DNA of 64,000 bases from Eledone cirrhosa (GCA_964016885.1 OZ024740.1:99572001-99636000), one strand, 5' to 3'. Shown: positions 40,851 through 55,620, numbered from the stretch's first letter. Made by a program: numbers and translations. Notes: generated from the sequence alone by a model not told the origin.

Positions 40851-41090
40851 TATAGTTATATATATATATAGTTATATATATATATAGTTTTATAGTTATA
40901 TGTATATATATAGTTATATATATATATATATAGTTATATATAGATTTTGAGTTTATGTTGGTTGTATACCAACACCTCAGTATGCAGGCTGGAGCACTCG
41001 ACGAAGTGCGCAAGTTGGTTTGGTTACTCCGGAGTAGTGTAAAATAAAGTTAAATAAAAGTCAAATGATTAAAATTTAGCTTCGTTTATT

Positions 41091-41145
41091 ACTGCTATAT
41101 ATATTTCAGTGACAGCCATCTTTGGCTGTGACCTCTTCAGGCAGT
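41091..41145 (-). ncRNA. Type I hammerhead ribozyme
   Basis: Mirror of 41361-41415. Confidence 0.85.
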
Positions 41146-41360
41146 TTGAATTAGTATGGTATAGACAAGTACATATGTTGTTTAGGTGTATGATATTGTC
41201 AATACTCTGATATGCCCAGTTCCTTGTTGGGTTGTTAATTCACTGGGGAACTGGAGTTCCTCAGTGAATTAACAACCCAACAAGGAACTGGCATATCAGA
41301 GTATTGACAATATCATACACCTAAACAACATATGTACTTGTCTATACCATACTAATTCAA

Positions 41361-41415
41361 ACTGCCTGAAGAGGTCACAGCCAAAGATGGCTGTCACTGA
41401 AATATATATAGCAGT
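41361..41415 (+). ncRNA. Type I hammerhead ribozyme (AUA cleavage triplet)
   Basis: ACTGC CTGAAGA GGTCACAGCCA-AAGA-TGGCTGTCACT GAAA TATATA TA GCAGT. Confidence 0.85.
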
Positions 41416-41457
41416 AATAAACGAAGCTAAATTTTAATCATTTGACTTTTATTTAAC

Positions 41458-43335
<1,878 letters not shown>

Positions 43336-43692
43336 TCATTTATATATATATGATATGTATAATGAACATGCATGCTTCTTGCTGCTGAATATAGGAAATA
43401 GTGCACAGAATACTTTTAATACTCTAATTTCACATTTCTGAAAATGCTTCCCTTAGGCTGGGTGTCTATTACAAGGTCAGAGAATATATATAAAAAATTC
43501 TCACATATATTTTTCTGGAAATAATGTAAAAGTGGGTAAATGTTATTGACAATGTGATTTTTTGACAACCCCTATCATGTAGAAATATGTATGAGTGTAT
43601 ATATGCAGGTGTGTATGTGTGATGTATGTATCTATATTTACATACATTTGATCTGTTGGACTGAATACATTTGAATCTTGAAATAATAGCAT

Positions 43693-43860
43693 ATAATTGG
43701 TTCTACTTTTGGCACAAGGCCAGCATTTACCCAGTACATTACTAGTACTTTATTTTATCGACCCCGTAAGGATGAAAGTCAAAGTTAAACTCGGCGGGAT
43801 TTGAACTCAGAATGGTGTGGGCCGTAACTCTATGCGTCAAAGCATGGCGTCCGACCAACT
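43693..43860 (-). mobile_element. tRNA-derived SINE, family A
   Basis: rc contains B box GAGTTCAAATCC, CTTT.ACTTTCATCC and the 3' end GCTGGCCTTGTGCC..AGTAGAA; homologous to 48465-48649. Confidence 0.8.
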
Positions 43861-44049
43861 AAATACATATAATTATAACCACTCCAAGTACTGAGTACTT
43901 ATTCTTGTTTACCATATATATTCATTTGATCAGCATCAACAAGATTCCAGACATCATTTGCTTAGCAAGTCGGATGGAACTCATCAGATGGGACCAAGGA
44001 AACAATGTTTCCATTGTTCTTTCCAATTACTGATACTATCTTTAGTGGT

Positions 44050-44465
44050 GGGCAAGAGAGAAGACTGTTGGTATGGACATGTGATGGGCATGGAGGATAA
44101 ACAATGAGTGAAGAAGTGACAGGAAATTCCAGTGGATGGAAGCCAGAGTACAGGTAAACCAAGGAGGACGTGGGCAGAGATAAGAGCTGGCCTCAAATTG
44201 TTGAGACAAAGAAATGTGGTGAGTGGAGAGATGCTATGCTGAAAAAGATCTGTCTAAAACATGTAAGTGTTTTAAAATGAATGTTAAAATGATGATGATG
44301 ATATATTGGTGTTAGGAAGAGCATCCCCCATAGAAAACCTGCCAGATAGTCCTATATGAGTGAGACACGGTCACCCAACCAAATTTGCCTCAAGTGGGAC
44401 AACTCCCGTCTAACCCATGCTAGTGTGGAAGATGGACGTTAAATGAAGAGGATGATGATGATGGT
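44050..44465 (+). mobile_element. Decayed RTE LINE 3' end and RTE-type tail
   Basis: Remnant ERRL.WYGHVM..GKPRRTW; tail ..GGAAGATGGACGTTAAA(TGA)n as at 58360-58397. Confidence 0.7.
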
Positions 44466-44590
44466 ATATAGTGTATGTGATTCAGTGAATTACTGATGGT
44501 GGTACTGATATAAGCACTCAATGCATAAGCAGAGCGTATATGATAATAGAAAAGATTAAGTTTTTTGCTTGTATTTATGTTTAATTGTGT

Positions 44591-44689
44591 ATCAATCTAT
44601 TACACACATTTCACAGATGATTGACTCAAGGTCTCCCACGGGAGCTATGGATTCAACTCCAGCATCAATCTGCTCATCAGACTGGTGAT
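44591..44689 (-). ncRNA. Decayed hammerhead ribozyme with branched stem II
   Basis: rc: CTGATGA GCAGAT...(GGAGTTG/CATAGCTCC hairpin)...ATCTGT GAAA TGTGTG TA. Stems I and III are degenerate. Confidence 0.45.
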
Positions 44690-45264
44690 TTAACTAAAGA
44701 TAAAGGGTTTGTGGAGATCAATGAAATGTTGGGTATATTTAAATATCAACCCTAATTTTTTGCATGGGTGTGTGTGCATGTAAGTATTTAAGTGTGTAGG
44801 CATGCCTGCTTGTGTGTGTGTATATATGTATATGAGTATGTGTATGTTTTTTAAGCTTGTGTATTCAATTGTGAGTATGTATATATATATGTATGTGCAT
44901 GTGTGCACGGTATGGGTGTGTGTGAGGACCAGAAGAGTTGATGGTCAGCTTGGCAGCTACAACAGGCAGACAAAATACTGTTCAAAACTCAGCATGAGAC
45001 AACGATCCCCTTGGAAGGGAGGTGTGGAGTTCAGTACTGTGTGGCATTGGTTTCAGGTTACAAATGCTTGTCAAGCTGCAACAAAACACAATCAGCAACA
45101 GGTGTAATAATGATAACATCAACATCAACAACAACAAAGGTGGTAGAGACAACTTCCACATCACCAAATAAATACATTGAGCCATAGTAGTAGTAGCAAT
45201 AATAGTAATTCTAGTAGGGATGATAATCAGTATGAGAGTATCAACAGTAACAATAATGATAATA

Positions 45265-45420
45265 ATAATTGTTTCTACTTTAGGCACAAGGCCAGCAATT
45301 ACCCAGTGCATTACTGGTAATTCATTTATCAACCCCGTAAGGATGAAAGGCAAAGCATAGAGTTATGGCCTTTGCGATTCTGAGTTAAAATCCCGCCGAG
45401 GTTAACTTTGCCTTTCATCT
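45265..45420. mobile_element. SINE family A with 5' inversion
   Basis: 3' half on the minus strand (45265-45355) joined to the B-box-containing part on plus (45356-45420). Confidence 0.72.
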
Positions 45421-45449
45421 CATTTTACGAAGTTAACTTTGCATTTCAT

Positions 45450-45700
45450 TTCATTTACGTCCGCTTTTTTCCTTGCTTGCAAGGGTGGCACAGGAACTGA
45501 TTCTGGCTTGATTTCTACAGCTGGATGCCCTTCCTAACACCAACCTCATTTACAGTGAGTGATGGGTGCTCTTTTCCGTGGCACCTCCACGTCCACTTTA
45601 CAGTGGAATGATACGGACCCCAGTCCTTATCATCTCATTTCTACAGCTGAGTAAACTGGAGCAATGTGAAATAAAGTGTCTTGCTCAAGGAGACAGCACA
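45450..45700 (-). mobile_element. SINE family B (RTE-tailed), 5'-truncated
   Basis: Reverse complement of ~59930-60215. Confidence 0.8.
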
Positions 45701-45701
45701 T

Positions 45702-45734
<33 letters not shown>

Positions 45735-45744
45735 ATATATATAA

Positions 45745-47075
45745 CATCATCATGATCATCATCATCCTCGTTTTACGACCATTCTTCCATGCTAGCATGG
45801 GTTTGAGGGTTGTCCTGTTGTGGGCAGTGTCCAGTCAGCTGACCTTGTCTTGCTCATACGGCAACTGATTCTGGCTTGATTTGTACAGTTGGATGCTCTT
45901 CCTAACACCAACCTCATTTACAGTGAGAGCTGGATGCTTTTTTTCTTCCATGGCACCTACACGTCCACTCTATAGTGTGGGCTGGGTGCTTTTTTGCTGT
46001 GGCACCTCCATGACCAGTTTGCAGTGGGAGGGTATGGGGGCATATTGTCTATATGCTTCAACTTCGGCTTGTACCTGTAGGAAGTCAGGTCTTCTGTATT
46101 ACTGGGTGATGCCAGAAGTCACGGTCATGTGTCATCGCCTTTAAGAGGAGCAATTGTGTAAGGTCTTCTTGAGTCTCCCCACTCCGCGGCTTCCATCGAC
46201 TTCTAGTGCTCTGCACCTTTTTATGCAGCTGTCATCCTTCATACGCATCACATGTCCATACCAACGCAACCTACTCTCCTGCACACAGCATTTGATTCCT
46301 CTTATGCTCAGTCTCTCTCTCAATCTGTCTATGCTTTGCCGTTCGCGTATATTACTATTATAGATCCATCGGAGCATGCAAGCTTCGTTTCTTTCTAATC
46401 TGCGCAAGTCTACTACAGACAGTGCCTAGGTCTCACTACCATGTAACATTGCCGTTCGTATACACGCATCATACTGTCTGCCTTTCATTTTGGGGATGGA
46501 GTTCCTACCTACACCTTTCCTACATACTGAGCAAGGTAATTTCCCTGAGGGGATCTGGGTTCTGTATTCTCGTCTACTTACGAGGACCTTAGTCTTTGTC
46601 AGGTTGACTTTGTGACCCTTTCTTTCTAGTCCCTGCTTCCATGTTTGGAATTTCTTCTCTAGTTCCACCATAGATTCAGCTATAAGTGTGAGATCATCAG
46701 CATATAGGAGATCACATGGGCATCCGGTTTTAAACTCCTCCGTTATTGCCTGCAAATCTATAATGAACAGGGGAGGGCTAAGAACAGAGCCCTGGTGGAC
46801 ACTGACCTGTATGCTAAATTCCTCGCTATAGTCATTGCTAACCCTAACATTGCTGACTGCTCCTCTATACAAGGCTTGTAGAGCTTTCACAAGCCATTCA
46901 TCTACTCCTAGTTTCCTAAGACCCCACCAGATTATAGCACGGGGGACTCTGTCAAAGGCTTTTTCCAGATTGACGAATGCCAGATAGAGCGGATTACTTT
47001 TAGCTAGGTACTTTTCCTGTAACTGCCTCACAAGGAAGAGGGCACCAGTGGTACTTTTTCCTGGTACAAACCCAG
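45745..47075 (-). mobile_element. RTE-clade LINE fragment with internal deletion
   Basis: GFVPGKSTT, FVNLEKAFDRVPR, VHQGSVLSP, LLYADDL, AMLHGSET, RLRWYGHVMR; (CAT)n tail at ~45745. The deletion joins GRNSI to KMKGR. Confidence 0.88.
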
Positions 47076-47396
47076 TAATATATATTTATATATATATACT
47101 AGCTGAATTACCTGGGATTGCCTGGGTTACTGATGTTCTAATTCATGTATGTGTAGATGTGTGTTTGTATTCAATAACGTACCTAATGAATGTGCAAACA
47201 CATACACACTCACAGACACATACATATTCATATACAAAACGTGATATCCTATTGGTTTAATGCAAATGAAAATAAAAATTACATGCTGATACTCACGGGG
47301 TCTAATACCTTGTACAATTTAATTTGATTTGGTCCAGCCATTAGAGAATGCATAGGAGCAGGCAGACAAAGAATTTTATATCTACAGATATATCTA

Positions 47397-47435
<39 letters not shown>

Positions 47436-47555
47436 TATGACTAATACACTATTCACTTCCCTGACATTTGTGTATTATTCTATCTACTATACATGCACCT
47501 TTGACGAGTTGTCGTACACCTGAGCACTTACACAATAATTTCTCGGTGGGATATG

Positions 47556-47685
47556 GTCTGAGTTCAAATCCTGCCGAGGTTAACTTTGCCTTTCATCCTT
47601 AAGGGGTCGATGAAATAAAGTACCAGTAATGCACTGGGATACTTGCTGGCCTTGTGCCAAAAGTAGAAATAATAATTATTATTAT
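47556..47685 (+). mobile_element. SINE family A (5'-truncated)
   Basis: TCTGAGTTCAAATCC...CTTTGCCTTTCATCC...GCTGGCCTTGTGCCAAAAGTAGAAATAATAAT. Confidence 0.8.
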
Positions 47686-47929
47686 ATATAAATATATATT
47701 ACTGGGTTTGTACCAGGAAAAGACACCACTGGTATATATTTATATATATATATATATATATACATATATGGATAAAATGGTGAGCTGTGTGGTTGCAATA
47801 TATATATATATATATAATTTGCAACACACAGCTCACCATTTTATTCATATATATATAAATATATATATAACACATGTACACACACACACATAAAAGTATT
47901 GAGTACCTTGTGAATAGGTGCATATATTG

Positions 47930-48800
47930 GTGCAAGCAATTCATCACAACTTCAGACCTTGTGTTGATTCTGTGGCTCTTAACTTTGATGATTTCTGCAG
48001 ACTGTGAAAGACATAGTCAGCAAGCGTTTTTGGAGATGTCCACTTAAAGATTTCTCATTCCATTCTGAAGTTAATGTTTTAGTTCTGTCACCTCTCCAGC
48101 TTTGTCAGACTGGTTTGTAATGTTTTATGGTAATGTTTGAAGGAGCTGGTGTGGTTATTGAAATGGGATTTGAAATCCTTTCCTCTAGCTCCTATGTAGA
48201 TGTAATCTTTTCTGTCCTCAGCATGCGAGGTGCAGCTGTAAACGCTTCCAGAGGGCATGCAATGTTTTTTAGTAGACACTCCGTAAGAGATCTGCAATTA
48301 CATTTTTCAGTTCTGAGGAACAGTAGTCAGCATAGGTCAATTGATTTGAAAAGACAGAGTTTCATGCGACCCATATGATGTAATTCTGTATGCAATTGGT
48401 GTTATCATGACTGGTTAGTTCCCTGATTGTTTTGTGGTTGAGGGCCATTATTTACTTCTGAATGGGGCGGTGGATTGACAGTATCGGTAGAGGGTCGGAC
48501 GCCATGCTTTCCAGCATAGTTACGTCCCTTTACGATCTGAGTTCAAATCCCACCAAGGTTGACTTTGCCTTTCATCCTTACGAGGTCGATAAAATAAAGT
48601 ACCAGTAATGCACTGTGTAATTGCTGGCCTTGAGCCTAAAGTAGAAACAATTATTTACTTCTGAATGTTTGGTGTTGTTGAATTTAAAATCTTAACAATG
48701 TGCCTATTGAAGAGCTGAGGAAAGTACTGATCAAGGGCCCTCAAGAAGTTTACAGAAATGTTAGTCCAGGCATGCCTTTGTTTGATCCCACTCTGTGGCA
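47930..48800 (-). pseudogene. Old PLE fragment (linker + GIY-YIG), interrupted by a SINE
   Basis: NFLRALDQYFP..LFNRHIVK..STTPN and VYSC..YIGA..FKSHFNNHTSSFK..TSL align with the PLE ORF at 15772-18141. Confidence 0.75.
48465..48649 (+). mobile_element. Full-length SINE family A with 18-bp target-site duplication
   Basis: TSD ATTATTTACTTCTGAATG at 48447-48464 and 48650-48667; tRNA-like head and B box GAGTTCAAATCC. Confidence 0.9.
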
Positions 48801-49153
48801 TTTTGATCAAAATTTTATTTAATGTAGCCCTAAGTGAATCTATGGATTGTGAGTGAAATTCGGTGGAGAAAACTGTTTGGAAACCCTCCAGATAGTCTAC
48901 AACTTTAATATAAAGAGCCACTCATATAACACACTATGTCATACTGAAGACCCCTGAAAATTACGATAAAGGTCATGCTTATCGAATGCTGAGCAACTTC
49001 CAAGTTAATTTTATGAGTGATTGGTTCCATTGATTGAATCAGTTAGAGCTTTCATCGTGGGAATCGATGAAGGTCTAACAACAATATGTGTATGCATGTT
49101 AATAAATATATGTATATATTATATAGTTATGTAATAAACAACATAAGATTATT

Positions 49154-49228
49154 ATTTCATTTACCAAATGTTTCATGAAGACAGACGAGCTTGGCACATA
49201 CGTCTGCCTTCAATCGTCAGAATGAAAT
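49154..49228 (-). ncRNA. Type I hammerhead ribozyme
   Basis: rc: ATTTCATT CTGACGA (T)TGAAGGCAGACG...CGTCTGTCTTCA(T) GAAA CATTTG GTA AATGAAAT. Confidence 0.8.
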
Positions 49229-49812
49229 GTTGTTTTCACTCTTACCAGGTGGATACCTACACATATTTGTGAGTGAATAATAATAATATAATAACAATAT
49301 TATTAATATTCGGTTTGTTTGCAAGCAAACAGCCTCAAGGCACCTTTTGTTCCAACGGTAGCAGAGAGAAAATAGTTGACAATTGTTTCAGATGTATTGC
49401 CCCTTATCTAAACTATATATCCCCTTATCACTGTTACCCACTGGAACTGCTGAGGGTAAATAGTATTCTCAAAGGTATACATCAAGTGATTAGCAATTTT
49501 ACGGCTGGCTTTGCCGAAAGAAAAAAAACAATTTTTTTTTCGCTTTAGCATGGGTGATACCTAAATGTATGCAAATTTATATACATGCACACACACACAC
49601 AAACACACATATATATATCATCATCATCATCATTGTTTAACGTCTCTCTTCCGTGCTAGCATAGGTAATATATATATATATATATGTGTGTGCGTGTGTG
49701 TGTATATATCCAGTTAGTATTTGATAAGTATGTAATCAGGTGTCTTTCCATTATCTCAAACACTTCGAAAGGAGAAACTCCAAAGAAGCAAGACACAAAC
49801 TTAACCTTAATA

Positions 49813-49843
<31 letters not shown>

Positions 49844-51731
49844 GAGAGAGAGAGATATGGGGGGGGGGTAGATCAAGAGAAAGAGAGAGAGGATATGAAT
49901 GCAATTACATATATATATCCCGTTTTCCAACTTGTAACAAATAATATCAATATTGTAAAGAGCACTTCCTTATAATGTGTCTCCATTATGCATAACATAT
50001 AGTTCTTTTACTTCTCTCTATCATTACTACTCATATAAAGGACTTCCTTTATTTTATTTTATATTTTTACCTTTTCTCAACAGTTTCCTAAACAGAAGTG
50101 CTTACCTGACACCAAGTCTCTAATTATGAAATTTCTTTCTAACTGACATTTTAAGTAACTGATACTTTTTTTTTTTAATCTGCCATTTTTATCTTTCCTA
50201 CTTTCTGAAAGGTCATACCACATAGCAACATATATTGGCCTTATATGAAATTATCACTAACTGCGTATACCATATTATCATCACCATTGATATCGTCAAA
50301 AACGTCATCATTATCTTTTCCACCATCATCATCATTCTTATAGCTATCTCGCAACCACATTGCAGATTAATCACAGAGTGTTTCAAAAAGGACGAAAAGC
50401 CAATGATGGAAACTCTAAAGCATTGCTTGACTTGATAGAGATAGTAGGCAAATACTCTTTAAAAATATCCACCAAATGTAGGACATATAGTGAATGTAAT
50501 CCGTCATACTCTTAAAAAGTGTTGATCATGGTTAACATTGATTTTGTCGTAGATATACTCAACACATCTTGTTATGGTGCTACGCAACAATAAAAAGGAC
50601 GCTTTTACGCACCCTCTTGAACTGTTCAAAATAGCAGCCGAACTCCCCTCAAACTACACTGTACTGCCCTAAATAAAGAAGGGTACAATGTACTTTTGGA
50701 TACACTAATTCTGAATATATCATATCAACAATATGGTTGAATTGCCTTTGATCACAGGTCTGTTGTATAAAAACTAACTGTACTATAAAGACCAGGAGTA
50801 TCATGAGCCATCATCATATTTATCATCTTAATCATCTCTCTGAAATCTAATCTCATCACTGCTAGACAATACTGAAATTTCTTATACCAAAGAAAATGAG
50901 CTTTTACAGCCATTGATCTTGCTAGAAACAGCAAACAAACAAATCTCCTAAAACTCTTGAATAGGAAAGATACATTGAGGAATGTAGTCCTGGATGCATA
51001 TGGATGATGAAAATTGTATGAAATAATGGCAAGAAGGAAACTACACAAGAGAAAGCCCTAGAAAATCCTAGCTACAATTTGTAATAGCTAATCTCAAAAT
51101 CCTGAATCTCACAGTCGTGTTGACAAAGGAATACAACAGGTAGATGGAGGCTGCGTTGGAAGAGATCTGTAGTGACCTCTTGGGCGAGAAGGAGAGTTAC
51201 GTCCCATGGAGACTATAAATTGAGAAACTGAAAGTACCTGCTCTCTTACAAAGCTAGCCGTCCAGGAGTTAAGATGTAATTTTGCCTTCTCCCACTTTTC
51301 ATTTTTACCACACCATGTGGAGTGAACAGATTAAGAGAAACTCTTTCTCAGGCGACTTCAACTTCGGAACAGAAAACCAGTAAAGACTAACATTTACTCT
51401 CACCTCGTCGCCAATTCTACAACTAATAATACCAGTTATACATATTATATTATTTCAAAAGGTATGTCTTATTTCCAAGTTGTAACACACACTCATAACA
51501 ATAAAGATGAGGCAATTATTGACACTCGTGTGAGATATTTCAGCATGTTTCATTTAATTACTTTATTCCTAAATTGATGACCAAATAAAGCAAAAACTAA
51601 ATAACATCGACGAACTCTCAAGCTCGCTAAACTGGTGACCCAGACGTTGGTATATAGAATATATACAACTAGAGAAAAAAAGTGTTTGATGTTTTTGTTT
51701 TTTTTACCTTTGTTGAAATTTTTGAAGATGT

Positions 51732-51788
51732 CAAGATGGCGGCTTTCTTCTTCAACAGTTTTTTGGCGCGAAACCGAGCGCCATGTTG
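51732..51788. promoter_or_regulatory. YY1-E2F-YY1 motif cluster, probable host core promoter / 5' UTR
   Basis: CAAGATGGCGGC (51732), TTTGGCGCGAAA (51762) and GCGCCATGTTG (51778) within 57 bp of non-repetitive DNA. Confidence 0.45.
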
Positions 51789-52659
51789 GTTTTTACTTTT
51801 TTTCTCTCTCTATCATTGTATATATGACTGCACACACACATTTTCTTTACTGTATTACATGCCTGCATATGCACACACATTTCTTTGACACACACCAACA
51901 TGTTGTTGTCCTTAGTATATGATATTCAAACGTTGTAATATTCTGCAAGATCCCTTCAACCCTTGTGGATTTACCTAAACATGCTATCGACACATTGCAG
52001 CTTAATTCACCTGCACCGCAACACGAGAATGCTAATTGCAGCTGAAATCAAACAGTTTCGCATCTCGTTGCACACTCATCGTCCATAACAACCTCCATCT
52101 TGTTACTTTACCCGACTCACTGGGAAAACAACAAACGGAACTGGACCTGTCAGCATTTCTACCATTCCTATGGATTCGCCAGAATTATGGAATTTACATT
52201 TCAACTACTACTCACCTACAGATTCAACTTGCTTTTTTTCTTTTCAAAGCAACTAGCCATTTTTTTCCTGGCTGCCTAGCACTTTCGGCAATACATCTGG
52301 CATGCCGACATATTCTCGCCTACTCATCTTGCCAGCACTGGTAAACTAACATAACAGCTTCACCCATAGCTACTGGTACAGCACTTACCATTAACATTTA
52401 ATGCAAGAACAGAAACTTCGCCCATGTAAGACTTTATCCGTTTTTTGTTAGACCCTTGGTGGTCACGTATAAACTACAAAACAACTAGTCATTTGACACA
52501 GCGGCTCAACACGGCCCTTAGCGCCTCATTTTTCTTCTTGCATGCATTCTTCTGTTCAATTATTTTTCACTGATGTGCTCTTTCAGCATTTTTCCCTGCT
52601 GATTCAATAATCTGTATCGTCTTACGACTAGAGGGGGAGTATTGTAGTGACCTAAATTC

Positions 52660-53180
52660 CTCGGGCGCACATACATTCTCTGTGCGTGATTTGGCTCAGC
52701 TCAGCCAATCAGCGCCAGTAGAAGAGAATGTATCCCTATGCGCCATGAGGGAAAAATTCCCGCGTGGATTTGAGAAATCGCTCTCTTGCACGCGAACTTC
52801 AAAAAGTAAACACCTATTTTCTTTCGTCGTAAAATCACTAGCCAACATGTAACACAACAACTTAACCACGGCCTGACAACACTTCAGCCAGTAGACCGAG
52901 CCTCCCTAACTCTTAATTCGTTTGTTTTATCTCTCTGGGCATGCCAGCTACTCAGCTCCACTCAGCTCAACCTTATTAATAAATAATATAAAAAAAGCAA
53001 AGTCGTTGTCGATATTCCTAACATCTTACTACCAAACTGTTACCACAGCAATGCTTTAAATGTGATATGGAAGGATTCCTTCCAGGAGTTTTATCACAGC
53101 AGCAACCATAACCTCGATTCTTCGTGGTGATACATCTACTCTTAAAACCATCCTGTTAAAACTGGTAACCATAGACAACG
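52660..53180. promoter_or_regulatory. CpG-enriched promoter-like region (CCAAT, E2F-like site, two RFX X-box-like motifs)
   Basis: AGCCAATCA 52703, TTCCCGCG 52757, GTTACCACAGCAAT 53039, GTAACCATAGACAAC 53165. Confidence 0.38.
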
Positions 53181-55334
53181 CAGGAGTATTTCGGCATGAA
53201 ATGCTCCTTTACAATATATATATATACATCAACCCTCTGTAGATGTATTGTTCTATGTAGATGTATTGATAATGCCATTGTTTGCTTAGTCGCTCACTTA
53301 CACAATATATCGGATACATTCTTTTTTCTGTCCGGTTGTTTGAAGAAAAGACAAAAAAAAAAAGACAAGAAGTTTATTTTCTTTTTTCCTTGTGTTCGCG
53401 GTATTTTTCTTTACGGAGACGTATTTTGCCGCTTACCTAAAGTATGGAAAAGTGAATGTGAAAGAATGATGATGATGGCGATGATGGGCGACAACGATGG
53501 TCAAGACGACGATGACGACAATGAGGATGAGGTTGACAATGCATTGATCATAGGTGGAAGCATTTTATTTTAAGTCCACACATTCAGGTCTGATATGGAG
53601 CTAGTGTTTCTTCATTATCATAAATAGGCTTTTCTAACTGTACTAATAAATGCACATTCATAGCCTTCCATATCTAAAAATTATTGACTTGTTTTAGAAT
53701 ATTTCAGAAGCTTAGAGAATGACAAAAAAAGTGCTGCCTAGATGCTTAATATTTCTAAATAAACCATTAATGTAACCAGTAAGAAACTCTCTGCACCCTG
53801 CCAGAGTTTTCAAATTTAAAACAACTGTTTTTAAGACCAACATTATGTTCTATTTCATAACTGAGTATTTAATGTGTGGTACTTTGTATAGTTTTGGCAA
53901 TGTTTTACTAGCTGGATGCCCTTCCTATCACCAACCACTTTACAGCATGGACTAAGTTAATTATTTGTGCAACCAGCACTAGAGAGGTCTTAGTGGACTG
54001 AACTCTCTTCTCTATTTTGTATCATGTTTATTTAGAGTGACTGCACTCCTAGACAGGTTGCTACATTTCAGCATACAGATTCCACATCTATCCTGTGCAG
54101 TATTATTTTATTCAGAGTCACGACCCTCCTAAATGGGTTGCCATCTATATTTTAAACTAGTTTAGTTGCTCTCCTTTCTTTTAAACTGCTTTATTCTGTC
54201 TTGTACCATCAGTCAATCATATGATGGTTCTAGTAACCTATTAGTTTGTTGTTATGCTATTTTATAAGTTGAAAACCGCTCACTTAACCCTTCTCAATTT
54301 TTGTAGAACTATACAGAATGGGATTTTATCACAGAGCCTTGTAGCTGATTCTGAAGTGGAGAAGAAAAAATGAGAGAGAGAAGAATTAATGCTAGCACTT
54401 GACTAGCACTTTATTTATCAACACCTACAAGGATGTAAGGCAAAGTTGATCTCAAAATACTTGATAATGAAATAGAAGTAGAATCTGTGTGCTGACAGAG
54501 CAGACAAAAGCAAAGAAAATCATATGTTCTACTATTGGATGTTCAATTGATCGAACAATTAAATGCTTATCATCAAAACTGACAGAGAATCCATTACCAA
54601 CGTCTCATGAGAGCATGGATCTCTTTACCAATCCAGCTATGATGTGTTATATAAATATTGATTAATACATGACCCACCTTATTGATTATATGACAGATAC
54701 AACAATGCTGGCTGTCTGTTTAAACCTTTTGCTACCAACTTACTTGAAACTGTCATGAATTTTTCATACAAATTTCTCATTTAAAAATGTTAATATTTAA
54801 ATTAAAACATTCCATAATTTTATGTAACAATATTTTTATGTAATATTTCATATATCAGTTTAATAATATAAATGTTAAGCTATATTACTAAATTTCCCCA
54901 AATTTTCATTATTTTCAAATCAAATTGAAACAATCTGACAATGTATTTCATTATAAATATTGTAATAAAAGAGTTAAAACACTATTTTGTGTGATCTTTG
55001 TTTATACAACAGTTAGCAAGGTAACAGAGAATGTCTAATATAATATACCTCTTCTGGAAAGATATTTATTGACCAAGCTTAGCGTACATCTCCATACAAG
55101 TTTATATGCATTACCACAGAACTACAAGTGAATTTTCTCTATTGGAAATATGTCGTAGCAAGACAAGACCTTATAGGCAATTGAATTGTCAGCTATATAT
55201 CAACTTAGTCATTGGAAATAGGTTCTTTAGATCTTTTCTCCATATAGTTATATACAGATTCAATAAGAAACTACTCGACTCCTATCTTTAGTATTTGTTT
55301 TGCTTTTTATTTCACTTTGCATTTATTATTGTGA

Positions 55335-55620
55335 AGGCATGTGGCCGAGTGGTTAGCGTATTTGGCTCACAGTCATAAGATCATAGAGTTCATTTGCAAA
55401 TCGGGAGACATATTGTGCCTTGAGCAAAGCTCTTTATTTCGCTCAGTTAAAATAACGATTAGCAGCAGTAGTAGAAGCAGCAGCTGGTGCTTAACTCTGC
55501 AATTGACTGGCATCCTATCCAGGATGTTGTCTTGTACTCCCATTGAATGCTCATGAAACTGGGATAAGCTTCTAATTTTGTCCAGGCCATGCAACCATCA
55601 AAGACCCAATGTAAAATAAT
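55335..55620 (+). mobile_element. Old tRNA-derived SINE
   Basis: A box GTGGCCGAGTGG, B-box-like GAGTTCA, core GTGCCTTGAGCAAAGCTCTTTATTTC resembling family B. Confidence 0.65.

Larger units (their letters stand above)
40944..41457. mobile_element. Fold-back non-autonomous HHR element (409-bp near-perfect palindrome plus 105-bp 3' extension on the left arm)
   Basis: 41049-41252 is the rc of 41255-41457, centre GGGGAACT-GG-AGTTCCTC. Satellite on both sides. Confidence 0.88.

Noticed and set aside
43930-43990. CTGATGA on the minus strand as a possible HHR
   Set aside because: No GAAA box or stems I/III at a suitable position.
48950-48975. CTGAAGA..GAAA as a possible HHR
   Set aside because: Only 5 nt between the boxes, no stem II, no stem I pairing.
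53196-53573. 125-aa ORF with acidic tail
   Set aside because: Low-complexity GAT/GAC repeats and poly-A/T tracts; no domain or splice support.
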